Source: Cyanophora paradoxa CCMP329 (taxonomy: Eukaryota; Plantae; Glaucophyta). From it: a DNA stretch of 46,399 bases. The notes under the pieces were generated by a model. That model saw only the letters and a program-made list of their open reading frames with translations. It did not search any database and was not told where the DNA came from. Numbering within the stretch: the stretch's first letter is position 1; each line of letters begins with the position of its first letter. The position numbers and the translations under genes are program-made. The stretch is taken from positions 1-46,399 of the forward strand of contig QPMI01000110.1 of assembly GCA_004431415.1 (NCBI GenBank), read 5' to 3'. Positions 1-9,339 of the stretch are shown in pieces.

Positions 1-48
1 CGGCGCTTCGGAGGCATATATTGGACACGCGAAAAATTTACACGAGCT

Positions 49-868
49 TTACAGCGCGTCTCGTCGAGGGCCTCTACCGTCTTCGTAATGTACAGCGCAG
101 CAGATCCTTAAGGTTGCTCTGCGGCAGCAATTTTACGTCTACGTGCATCTGCCTGGCGGTTTCTCGCTTCCTGTAGCCCGTCTCCTCCGCCCCACTGCAT
201 GCCGAGGGCGTCCTTTCTCCGTATCGGCCGCACCGCCGTCTTCTGGTACTCCTCCCCGAACCAGTCGTCCTTGTAGAAATTCGGCAGGCCGCCCTGTCCC
301 TCCGTTTGCATGAACTTGATGAGGAAATCCGACGCCCGCTTGCCGTCGAATTGCACGCGCGAGTAGTGCACCAGCGTGAGCAGGATGTGCGCGTGGAGCC
401 GCCCCGACCGCGGCCCGTACTCGATGCCGATGTTCGCGTTACCCTTCTCCACGTGCGTGTCGTACTGGTCGGACTTGAAATCGAAGCCCTTGGGGTTCGC
501 CTTGTCGGGTACACCCCCATCTTATGCACCGCGCCAGCTGCCTGTCGTCGTAGAAGGGGCCTCCAGCCCCTGTGAAGGCGTCCTGCACCTTGGAGCCTTC
601 TCCCCTGCTCCGCGGCTTGTAGTTGGTCTGGATGGTGATCATGAAATTCGACTCGCGCTGGGCCGTCCTCTCCGTTCAGTTTCCTCACGGGCGCCGCGTC
701 CAGCACCTCTGGAACCACGTCTTGTCGGGCGCCAGCACCTTGTCGTTGATGTTGCCCACCACGATGTGAGTCTCTACCCGGGAGCGGCCGGAGGCGTCCA
801 TGGGAGGTGAGGGTTCGGTGCCGGGCTTGCCTGTTTGCTGCCACGCCCCTCGCGATGAGGTTGAGCAT
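49..868 (-). CDS. HUH-superfamily (rolling-circle Rep-like) endonuclease, frameshifted
   Basis: Joining minus-strand frames gives motif I-like SNFMITIQTN (~620-650), motif II EYGPRSGRLHAHILL (ORF 108..452) and motif III-like ALYITK (~81-98), in the canonical order. Exact ends uncertain. Confidence 0.75.
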
Positions 869-1096
869 GTCAGACCAAGGCCTAGAAAATTTTCCAGGCT
901 GGGGTGAGCTTCCACGTGGGCCCCGGGGTACGTCCGCACCTCACCTGAGCACCACCTGAGCCTCACATGAATCACCTGAGCAACGCCTTCTGTCACATCT
1001 GCGGCTCACCTGCGGCTGGGACCCACTCGATTGCGCGAAGCCCGTTTGCCACTTCTGCAAGGGAATAGCCCAGCTGCAGTACGAGGACTCGGAGGA

Positions 1097-1922
1097 ATGG
1101 CAGACTCTGGCGAAATCGATCTCCTCCTCCGAAACTTTGAGCAGATCCAGCGCTACGGAGCCATCCTTCACGACGAGGGGGACCCAGACTTCGACGCTCC
1201 GGCACCGTACCCCGCCGCCGCCGCCGCCATCGCCAACTCCTACCTCGGGGCCGGAGAGCGCCCCCGCAAGCGCAACCGCCGCACCCAAGGCCCCCAAGGC
1301 GAAGCCGCTGTCCCCTGCGGAAATTGCGGCTCTACCGCCCTCGTTGGTGTTCACCTGGATGGGGATCTGGTTTGCCAAAGCTGCGGTCTGGTCCTGGATC
1401 TTTATTATCCGGACCATCAACCCCTGGCTGTCAGCGAGCTCCACAGCAACTACCTGCGGAAGTACCACGTATCTGAGCGACTTAAGCAGCACTGCCTGGA
1501 GGATTCTCCGGTACCCGAGGACGTGCTGGCAGCTATTGCGAGGCGCATGGCGGGGAAGGAGTGGAGCAAAGACAATATCCGCCAAGTTCTCCGGGCTCTG
1601 AAGCAGCAGAAGTACATCGAGCGCTGGCGCAGATCAAGTGGCGCATCACGGGCGAGCGCCCGCCTCCGATGAGCGCGGAGGACATGGACCGGGTGCAGGA
1701 GATGTTCGCCTGGTGAGGTCCCCTTCAGCATGTTCAAGTCACAGGGCAGGAAGAACATGCTCAACTACAATTACGTATTCAGGCAGATTTTCGTGCTGCT
1801 AGATTTGCCCAGCACCTCCCCTTTTTCCCCTTGCTCAAGAGCAGGCAGAACTCTCGGAGTTAGATTCGATTTGGAACAGGATCTGCGAGTACAACGACTG
1901 GCATTTCTTTCCTACTCTTTAG
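1097..1922 (+). CDS. VLTF3-like viral late transcription factor with Zn ribbon, frameshifted
   Basis: Zn ribbon CGNC...VCQSCG, then YLRKYHVSERLKQ, LKQQKYIERW, GRKNMLNYNYVFRQIFVLL and FPLLKS..LDSIWNRICEYNDWHFFPTL*, which are typical VLTF3 C-terminal motifs. Confidence 0.88.
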
Positions 1923-2254
1923 TGATCGCGGCGGCCTTCCGCTCGAGCGCCTGCTTGATTCCGAAGCTAGCGCTGGTAGCCTTGATTAGCATGTTCGTCT
2001 GCCCGTGTGTGAATCCGAGGATGAACATAATTCCGCCGGTGGGTCGTCGTCGAAGAACTTGAGGTGAGCACGTACTTCGAGAGCAGGCCGAGGGAGAGGC
2101 CGTTGACGGCGACCTGCGCGGCGAGCTCGGCCGCGTGGCCCGCCCTGTTTTCGCCTTCGTGCGAGGAGAAGGCGGCGTCGATGAGGGAGCCGGATGCCAG
2201 GCCGAGGGCGTACTGCACGATAGCCTGGGAGAGCCCTAGGAGCACCTTTGACAT
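1912..2254 (-). CDS. Small hydrophobic, probably membrane/virion protein (frameshifted)
   Basis: ORF 1967..2254 continues in another frame as DPTGGIMFILGFTHGQTNMLIKA...KE*. Hydrophobic helices, upstream AAATTTCC motif. Confidence 0.55.
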
Positions 2255-2289
2255 TTTCCTAGCGCCTCGGAAATTTTTAAGGGGCGCGC

Positions 2290-2634
2290 CTAGGCGTCGG
2301 AGTCCTCGTCCTCGGTCTCTTCCTCCTCCGAGCTCGATTCCGAGGTTGCAAAGTCGTCCGGGTCGCGCACGTAAATAACCCTGTCTCCCTCTTCGTCTGT
2401 CATCTCTTCCGAGCTGGTGTCCTCGCTGCCCAGCGACTCGGCCGCGGCCTCGTCCGCCGCCTCCGACGTGAGGCGCTCCCAGTTAATTCCCAGCGCGTCG
2501 CAGATCCTCTCCAGGGCGCTGCTGACCTCGCCGTCGTTGAAGGGCGAGGAGGGGTCGAGGCTTGACTCCAGAAGGCAGTCGTAGACGATGGACTCGACGC
2601 GGAAGACGGAGGCGATGTGGGCGCTGGGCGACAT
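2290..2634 (-). CDS. Hypothetical protein with acidic C-terminus
   Basis: Clean ATG ORF that fills the gene gap, preceded by the ATTTTTTCTGA motif. Confidence 0.6.
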   Translation of the reverse strand: MSPSAHIASVFRVESIVYDCLLESSLDPSSPFNDGEVSSALERICDALGINWERLTSEAADEAAAESLGSEDTSSEEMTDEEGDRVIYVRDPDDFATSESSSEEEETEDEDSDA

Positions 2635-2660
2635 GCTTACGCACGAAGCCTCAGAAAAAA

Positions 2661-3728
2661 TCAGGCGAGGCCGCGGTGCTTCCTGAAATTATCTATCATG
2701 CCCAGGAGCGTCTTGTCCACCGTGCCGTCGTCCGGACCCACGAGATTTTCTCCGTTGACGGTTTCGCCCTCCCAGTACTCCTTGGATCCGATGCGGAAGG
2801 GGGGCGGCTCCTCGGCCTTGTAGACGTACAGAACGTCCAGAGGGTTCGTAGAGTTGTTGGAAGAATCGATGATAAGGCAGTGGTTATCCTGCGTGTACTT
2901 GTCGAGCAGGTAGTAGAAGGCGCGCTGGGATATGATGTCGCCCCACTCCTTTGCGAGGGCCTCGCGCTGCATCGCCTGCGAGCACTTGAAAATGACAGCC
3001 AGATCAGTATTGGAGCGCAGGACGGGATTGATGCCCTTGGCATACTGCGTCGTGATAAGGGTCATGATTTTGTAGTGGCGCCCCGCCACGAAGAGCTCGT
3101 TGAGGGCCTCGTCGTACCGCAGCCGAGCGTCGGAAATCACGTCGTCGAGCAGCACGAAAAATCGCGGGTCGACGGGATCCTCCTTTCCCGCGAGCACGTC
3201 TTCGGACTTGTTGTGCTGCATGATCGCCTGCTGCCTCCTGAATAAATGGAAGAGCACGCCCGGGTTGTACTTGGGCCAGATGAAGCGCTGGGGTATGTAC
3301 TGCTTCCAGTACCCGTTCAGGCGATCGGTCTGGCTGATCACGATACCCCCCGGGAAGGTGCCGGAGAGGTTGAACATGAGATCGCGGAGGAAGAAGGACT
3401 TGCCCGTGCGCCGCTTGCCGACGCAGACGACGGTGGCGTCGGACTTGACGGTGTTCACGTCGAACCACTTGAGCTCGGGCAGGCAGGCCATGCGCTCGAT
3501 GCCGCCCGTCTTCGAGTTGTCGAGGAAGGCGTTGACCTGCTCGGGCGTGAGCTGCTGGCCGTCCTCTGTCATGCCCATGGCGCAGCTGGCGCCGGCGGCG
3601 GGGGCGGTGCCCGAGCCCGATCCGGTGGCCTGGCCGGCGGGGGCGGGGGCCGGGGCCGCGCCGGCGGGCTGGGCGGCCTGGGGCTTGGCCGCCTTCGGCT
3701 TCTTCGGCTTCTTGGGGTCCTTGGCCAT
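2661..3728 (-). CDS. A32-like (FtsK/HerA superfamily) genome-packaging ATPase
   Basis: Walker A GKRRTGKS, Walker B FVLLDD, GRHYKI arginine motif, TTQY sensor. Likely start MAKDPKKPK at 3728. Confidence 0.93.
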   Translation of the reverse strand: MAKDPKKPKKPKAAKPQAAQPAGAAPAPAPAGQATGSGSGTAPAAGASCAMGMTEDGQQLTPEQVNAFLDNSKTGGIERMACLPELKWFDVNTVKSDATVVCVGKRRTGKSFFLRDLMFNLSGTFPGGIVISQTDRLNGYWKQYIPQRFIWPKYNPGVLFHLFRRQQAIMQHNKSEDVLAGKEDPVDPRFFVLLDDVISDARLRYDEALNELFVAGRHYKIMTLITTQYAKGINPVLRSNTDLAVIFKCSQAMQREALAKEWGDIISQRAFYYLLDKYTQDNHCLIIDSSNNSTNPLDVLYVYKAEEPPPFRIGSKEYWEGETVNGENLVGPDDGTVDKTLLGMIDNFRKHRGLA

Positions 3729-3765
3729 TTTACCCCCTTCATTCAGATTTTCTTGCGACCCTGGA

Positions 3766-4242
3766 ATGAAGATCCTCGGCGTGGATGTGGGGGTCATTAA
3801 TTTCGCCTGGTGCCTCATCGAATTCGATCCGCAGACAAAGGAATCCCAGATTCTCGACTGGCAGAAGATCGCCCTCTTCCCGTCTGCGCGCTGCTGTGGC
3901 CGCCTTGTGGCGCGCCTGGTGGAGGTTACTCGCGGCCATAGCGCCTTCGGCCTTCCCGACCAGATCGCGATCGAGGGCCAGAGGACGGGAATCAATCGCT
4001 GCATCGAGTGCACGCTCCACGCCCTCCTGTACGGGCGTGCGCGGATCGTGAGCCCGCGCGCCATCAAGCACTTCTTCAAGATCTCGAACCCGAGCTACAA
4101 GGAGCGCAAGCGGGGCGCGGTCGACAAGTGCCGCGACCTCGTACCCGCCGAGCTCGCCGACATCGCGGACCGAAACGGCAAGCTCGACGACCTCTGCGAC
4201 GCCTACCTGATCGCCCTCTACGCCGCCCTCAATCCGGTGTGA
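3766..4242 (+). CDS. RuvC-like Holliday junction resolvase (poxvirus A22-like)
   Basis: MKILGVDVGVINFAW, IAIEGQ, YKERKRGAV and KLDDLCDAYLIA give the catalytic D-E-D-D pattern. Confidence 0.9.
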   Translation: MKILGVDVGVINFAWCLIEFDPQTKESQILDWQKIALFPSARCCGRLVARLVEVTRGHSAFGLPDQIAIEGQRTGINRCIECTLHALLYGRARIVSPRAIKHFFKISNPSYKERKRGAVDKCRDLVPAELADIADRNGKLDDLCDAYLIALYAALNPV

Positions 4243-4272
4243 TTCCCGTTGCGATTTCTGGAGGACCCGCAG

Positions 4273-4434
4273 ATGGGATCCTCATGCCGTAAGCCGAGGC
4301 CCCTCTGCTGCGAAATCTGCCGCCTGCCCCAGACCAAGCGCGGCTGGGTGCTCAAGGCGGACGTCTACGTCTGCTGCCCCCGGTGCGCCGTCCGCTACTA
4401 CGCACTTTTTTCTGAAGGCTGTCTACACCCGTAG
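4273..4434 (+). CDS. Small Cys-rich zinc-finger protein
   Basis: CEIC...CPRC, with ATG preceded by ATTTCTG. Confidence 0.5.
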   Translation: MGSSCRKPRPLCCEICRLPQTKRGWVLKADVYVCCPRCAVRYYALFSEGCLHP

Positions 4435-4443
4435 CTAGATCCC

Positions 4444-4839
4444 ATGGAGCACGCCCACTACTGCTTCAAGTGCCGCTCCAACACCAAGCTCGCCAACGTC
4501 GAGGTGCGTACCAGCAAGAACAACCGCCAGGTGGCCGTCGGCTCCTGCACGCAATGCAGCGGCCGAGTCTCGCGCTTCATGCGCCGGGTTCAGGAGGAGG
4601 GGGCCCGGGAGACCAGCCCGCCGCCGCAGCGCCCGCAGGTGCCCGACGCCGCTGGCCCGGCCGCCGGCTCGAGCCAGGCACCGGCAGCCCCTACGGCCCC
4701 GAAGCCCCCCGCGGCGCCCCGGCAGAAGGCCAAGGCGGCCCCCGCGGAGGGCGACCCGAGCCCGCTCGAGGCCCAGCCCAAGCGCCAGCGCGCGCCGAGG
4801 AAGGCGGCGAGCGAGCCCGCGATTGCAATTCAGATGTGA
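4444..4839 (+). CDS. Zn-ribbon protein (DUF5679-like) with Pro/Ala/Lys-rich tail
   Basis: YCFKCR...SKNNR..AVGSCTQCSGRVSRFM pattern. Confidence 0.75.
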   Translation: MEHAHYCFKCRSNTKLANVEVRTSKNNRQVAVGSCTQCSGRVSRFMRRVQEEGARETSPPPQRPQVPDAAGPAAGSSQAPAAPTAPKPPAAPRQKAKAAPAEGDPSPLEAQPKRQRAPRKAASEPAIAIQM

Positions 4840-5084
4840 TTCGGCGGCGCAACTGCCCCTGCCACTGCTTCGTCTGCGACTACCCCCCCACCTGCTTCCC
4901 GGGCCACCTGCAGTTCGGCCACGAGATTTCGGTGGCGCGCGTGGGCGGGCGGGCCCGCCTCGTCTGCAGGCGCTGCGCGCGCGGGCTCTTCGCGGATTTT
5001 CGCAGGATCCGCGACAGGGAGCTCACGGGCAGTATTTCTAAGTCCCTCCCCAAATTGAGAAATGGCCTCCCTGCTGTTCGATAG
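4836..5084 (+). CDS. Small zinc-finger protein (start uncertain)
   Basis: CFVC...VCRRC in the 3' part of ORF 4470..5084. Confidence 0.45.
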   Translation: MIRRRNCPCHCFVCDYPPTCFPGHLQFGHEISVARVGGRARLVCRRCARGLFADFRRIRDRELTGSISKSLPKLRNGLPAVR

Positions 5085-5325
5085 GGACATGTACCAAATG
5101 CAGAACCGATTCGACGGCGTCTACCCCGAGCGCATGCCGCAGGAGCAGTTCCCGCGCCCGCACTGGGCGGACCACCGCACGCACGGCCTGCGCAGGCCCG
5201 GGGCGGGGCAGCTGATGGTGACGCCCGGGGGCGCGCCGGCGGAGCGCGACTGGTCGCCCCTCTGGATTATAGCGGGGATCCTGGTGGGGTACCTCCTCTT
5301 CCGACCCAGTGTAATTTCTCAGTGA
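5062..5325 (+). CDS. Small protein with C-terminal transmembrane helix
   Basis: LWIIAGILVGYLLF, with upstream ATTTCTAAG motif. Confidence 0.65.
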   Translation: MASLLFDRDMYQMQNRFDGVYPERMPQEQFPRPHWADHRTHGLRRPGAGQLMVTPGGAPAERDWSPLWIIAGILVGYLLFRPSVISQ

Positions 5326-5337
5326 CCCCGTACCCCG

Positions 5338-5676
5338 ATGTCTCGATCTATCCCTTATTGGGCCCCAATCGATACGCAAATTGAGATGCTGCGCGCTCGC
5401 ATGCAGAAGCTTACGCTCGAAGAGGATCCCACGGATGTACCCGAGATCAAGGCGGGGTTGGCCACGCTGCCGACGGATATCGTCGAGAACATTCGCGATT
5501 GGGTGTACAGACTGCAGGACGAGGTCCGTGCACGGCTCTGGCAAATCGTGATGGGGCAGAGGGCCGCGGCCTACCGTAGCTTCGACGACCAGAGGGACGC
5601 GGCCATGCGCAGGTGGGAGAGGCAGTTCCCCGAGACGTACGGGGGTGCCAACCCATATTTTTCTGGTGATGGGTAA
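5338..5676 (+). CDS. Hypothetical helical protein
   Basis: Clean ORF in a co-oriented array, with the upstream motif. Confidence 0.65.
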   Translation: MSRSIPYWAPIDTQIEMLRARMQKLTLEEDPTDVPEIKAGLATLPTDIVENIRDWVYRLQDEVRARLWQIVMGQRAAAYRSFDDQRDAAMRRWERQFPETYGGANPYFSGDG

Positions 5677-5678
5677 AC

Positions 5679-5957
5679 ATGCCGGAGGCACAAAAGAAGC
5701 CCGCGAAAAAGGCGCCCACGAACGGGCAGGAGCGGCCCACCAAGGCCGAGGTGAAGGAGGCGAAGGAGAAGCTGAAGGGGCCGCCCGAATTTCCTAAGGG
5801 GCCGAAGCCGCTGTACGAGGACGTCTCGCCCGGCGAAATATTCGTGGCGATGCGCCCGACGAAGCAGGGGAAGAAGGGGGCCGATAAGAAGGACGGGAAG
5901 GAAGACAAGGCCAAGACCGATAAAATTTCAAAGCCAGCCCCTAAGAAGAGCAAATGA
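5679..5957 (+). CDS. Lys-rich basic protein (possible DNA-condensing/core protein)
   Basis: Very high K content, upstream motif, ATGA overlap with the next gene. Confidence 0.6.
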   Translation: MPEAQKKPAKKAPTNGQERPTKAEVKEAKEKLKGPPEFPKGPKPLYEDVSPGEIFVAMRPTKQGKKGADKKDGKEDKAKTDKISKPAPKKSK

Positions 5958-7852
5958 GGGGGCTCGCCTCGCGTTTCGCGCCGCGCAACGTGCTGGCGGT
6001 CCCGGGGGGCGGGGACTCGCACATCACGCCCTTTGAGAGCGACAAGTACGCGCACTTTCAGCAGATGGCCAAAACCGCGCTGCACCGCTCCGACGGGATG
6101 CGCGTCGAGGATAGGGCGAAAACCGACAAGCTCGCAGAGGTGGAGGCGCAGGCCATCGCCAACGCCTACTACATCAACAAATTCAAGGAGATGGAGTCCG
6201 GGCTGGACGAGGAGTACGAGGAGGGCTTCCGCTCCTGGCTGATGGGCCAGTCCGCCTTTGCCATCGACGCCGTGACTCAAACGAACCGAAAGGCGCGGGG
6301 CGCGGGCGCGTGCGACGTGGACGGTAAGAATTTGACCATGCTCCCAGGCGTGCGCGATTTTTGCAAGTCGAAGGAAGACCAGATCACAGAGTTCTTGAAA
6401 CGCAAAAAGCGACTCGAGACCCTCGGGCCCATGAACTTGGATGACGCGTACTACTACTACAAGTACATCGTGAACGGCGAGGAGTTCAAACCGACGAGCA
6501 TTTATGCGCGCGAAAACCTACCGGAGGAGAAGAAGAGCTACGCGGATAGGAACACCTCGCAGCCGTTCACCCAGGCCGAGCCACCCGGATCGGACGACGA
6601 GGGCCCGGGCCCCGACGAGGGCCGGCTGAGGGACACGCGCGCCGAGATGCGGCGCCTGACGGCCGCGATGACCAAGCTCGTTACGATCGCCGAGAGCAAG
6701 GAGCAGGAGGCGCGGATCAGAAAGAGGGACAACGCGGCCATCGATGAAAACGGGGCCATCGCTCTGAGGCCGAATGCGCGGAGGGGCGCCAAGGAGGCGC
6801 TGATCCAGAAGGCGCTGCCGGGTAGGCGCGAACGGCCCGCAGAAGGCGACGGGGGCGGTGGCGGTGGCGGCGGGGGCGGTGGCGGCGGGGGCGGTGGCGG
6901 CGGGGGCGGTGGCGGCGGGGGCGGTGGCGGCGAACCACAGCCGCCGCCCCCTCCTAGTGCCCCTTCAACCCCGGCTCCATCGCCCGAAGCTTCCCCTCCG
7001 GCCGCCCCGGGCACATCCGTGGGAGCGCCCGCGGCCGGTCCTTCCGATGCCGAGATGGCGACGGTAGAGGCCGCGGTGAGGGGGGCGCTGGCTGCCGTGG
7101 GCGTTCCGACTGCGCCGCCGGCGACGTACGCCGCATCGTCCGCGAAGCCGAAAGACCGCAAGTTGAAGAAGGGCTTAGACGCGGACGAATCCCGGGAGGC
7201 GCGGCTGGGGTCGCTGGATGCGCTGCGTAACGCAAAAGGGGCGGCTCTCCTCGCCAAGGCGCGCAGACAGCTGATCACCGACGTGGCGGCCGATGCGGCC
7301 CCCGAAAGCGAGCTCGCGACCGTTTCGGAGTTCATCCAGACGGAGCGGCTGCAGGCGGACGTGATGGAGGCAGAGGCGACGCTTGAGGTACGTAAACGGG
7401 CACTCGAGGAGGCGGCCGAGCGCACACGCAGGCGCCGGTGGGACATTGGCCCCACGGGAGAGGTGATGCCGGCACCCGCCGCAGGGCCCAGTGCGCCCCC
7501 CAGCGTGCCCCCTCCCGCCCGCAAACAGCGATGGGACGTCGGCCCCGATGCAGCTCAGATTTCGGCGTTTCTCGCGGGCAACCCTGACGCGGAGGAGCGG
7601 CGCAGGTGGTTTGAGGATCAAAAGAGCGCGAAGATCCAGGGTGCCTACAGCAAGGCGCTCAAAGACATACAGAGGCGCTTCGGAAACAATGACGAGACCC
7701 TCGGGAGCTTCGCGGAAATTGCGATTTCCCGGTACCACACGGCCAAGGGCGTGCCCGGGCAGATTATTGCCAACGTGCCTGCGCAGCTGCTACGAGATTA
7801 TTTCTCGGGGGACGGACCCGACATCGATTTTTGGAGGTTTGTGGACGCATAG
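5954..7852 (+). CDS. Large hypothetical protein: globular N-domain, poly-Gly/Pro linker, two RWD motifs
   Basis: 632-aa intact ORF directly upstream of MCP, containing RRRRWDIGP and RKQRWDVGP. Confidence 0.75.
   Translation: MRGLASRFAPRNVLAVPGGGDSHITPFESDKYAHFQQMAKTALHRSDGMRVEDRAKTDKLAEVEAQAIANAYYINKFKEMESGLDEEYEEGFRSWLMGQSAFAIDAVTQTNRKARGAGACDVDGKNLTMLPGVRDFCKSKEDQITEFLKRKKRLETLGPMNLDDAYYYYKYIVNGEEFKPTSIYARENLPEEKKSYADRNTSQPFTQAEPPGSDDEGPGPDEGRLRDTRAEMRRLTAAMTKLVTIAESKEQEARIRKRDNAAIDENGAIALRPNARRGAKEALIQKALPGRRERPAEGDGGGGGGGGGGGGGGGGGGGGGGGGGGGEPQPPPPPSAPSTPAPSPEASPPAAPGTSVGAPAAGPSDAEMATVEAAVRGALAAVGVPTAPPATYAASSAKPKDRKLKKGLDADESREARLGSLDALRNAKGAALLAKARRQLITDVAADAAPESELATVSEFIQTERLQADVMEAEATLEVRKRALEEAAERTRRRRWDIGPTGEVMPAPAAGPSAPPSVPPPARKQRWDVGPDAAQISAFLAGNPDAEERRRWFEDQKSAKIQGAYSKALKDIQRRFGNNDETLGSFAEIAISRYHTAKGVPGQIIANVPAQLLRDYFSGDGPDIDFWRFVDA
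6851..6931 (+). repeat. GGC/GGT/GGG poly-glycine coding repeat
   Basis: (GGGGGCGGTGGCGGC)n-type 15-bp periodic run. Confidence 0.9.
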
Positions 7853-7863
7853 GCGCCCATCCA

Positions 7864-7876
7864 CAAAATTTTCTCA
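7864..7876 (+). promoter_or_regulatory. Representative copy of the ATTTTC(T) upstream motif (before MCP)
   Basis: The motif recurs about 10-40 nt upstream of more than 25 start codons on the coding strand. Confidence 0.75.
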
Positions 7877-7891
7877 ACGCACCCCTAAACC

Positions 7892-9260
7892 ATGGCTTCC
7901 GCGCTCATCTCCACCCCCTCGACCGCCCTGCACCACTCGCTGCGCAGCTCCGACGCGTCGGTGCACGTGCACGAGACCTTCGACACGGCGATGCCGTTCG
8001 TGGACGAGGTGCTCGAGGTGAGCCCCGTGCAGTCGGGCGTGAGCTTCAGCCAGACCGTCGACATCGTCATCCCGCACTCGGCGCCGATGTTCAACGACTC
8101 CTGGCTCAAGGTGACGCTGCCGGCGCTGACGAACGCGGACCACTTCTACATCCCGAAGGCCGGCTACGTGCTGCTCAAGAAGGTGAAGATCTTCGTGGGC
8201 GCGCAGCTGATCCACGAGTACGACGGCCATTACGACGCCATCTACGGCGAGTTCGAGGACGACAAGTCCGTCGTCCAGCACGTCGACATGGTGAACAACC
8301 TCTGGGCGCACCAGCCGCTGCGCCGCCGGGGCAAGGCCCCGAACACGCTGTACATACCGATTCGCATCGCGACGGGCCACGGTCGAAAGTTCGCCGTGCC
8401 GCTCCACAAGCTCCGCTGCTCCGGAAACGACATGAAGCTGCAGATCACGTACGCCTCGCAGAAGGAGGTGACGGCCTCCTTCGTGGACGGCGGCCTGCAC
8501 ACCAACACCAACCTGACGAGCACCGTCAGCCTGGACACCAAGCTCATCCTGCGCTACGTGCACATCGACTCGCGCGAGCTGGCGCTGCACCCGAACTCGT
8601 TCACGTGGGCCGGCAAGTACGTGCAGCACTACCACGTCTCGTTCGAGTCCGGCAAGGCCATCCGCCTGCCCTTCACCGGAATCTGCTACGAGCTGATCAT
8701 CGTGGTGCGCGACAAGCCGCACACCGACAACGGCGAGCACTTCTGGCGCTTCCGCCCGCTCGACAAGATCGAGCTGAAGTGCGACAACATCAAGGTGCTC
8801 GATAGCTCGAACCACGACGCGCACTTCTTGCGCACGGCCATCGCGCACAAGGAGCACACGCACGCCCCGCCCGCAAGCACCTCGAGCTGCTGCGGGCGTG
8901 ACCTCGATGGACGGGACGGCGGCGGCCGACGTGGCCGACGCGCTGCACCCGCACCCGTGGTCGGGCAACGACACGGCCCCCACGACCCTCGCGACCCACG
9001 ACGGGCACAGCAGCGACATCCAGCCCCGCAACGTGGGCCAGTTCGGGACGGAGTTCATCTACTCGCTCCCCTTCGGCACGGACGTGGCCGACAACACCAA
9101 GATGTTCGGCGGCCTCGACATGGGCGCCTTCAAGACCATCGAGCTCACGCTCACCACGCTCAAGACCTACGGCGCGGACAAGCCCGTGGCCGACATCTAC
9201 TGCCGCTACTACAACGAGATCACCTTCACCAACGGCGGCGCCTACCGCCGCTTCCATTAG
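7892..9260 (+). CDS. Major capsid protein (double jelly-roll, NCLDV-like), one frameshift near 8880-8900
   Basis: Beta-rich ~455 aa. Contains WLKVTLPAL, GYVLLKKVKIFVGAQLIHEYDG, LYIPI, LPFTGICYELIIVVR, FIYSLPFG, GGLDMG and YYNEITFTNGG, matching the NCLDV MCP layout. Confidence 0.88.
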
Positions 9261-9339
9261 ATTGCTTGTTAGCCAGGGTGTGCTTGGTAGGCCGATGTGA
9301 ACCAATAAATTTTCCCACTGGGATCCTAACCGAGGCACG

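Noticed and set aside
4273-5084. VLTF2 assignment for the small Cys-rich ORFs
   Set aside because: They lack the recognisable CWWC...FCS..C signature, so they are left as generic zinc fingers.
6538-9058. Long antisense ORFs (6538..7524, 7874..9058 and similar elsewhere)
   Set aside because: They are shadows of high-GC coding on the opposite strand.
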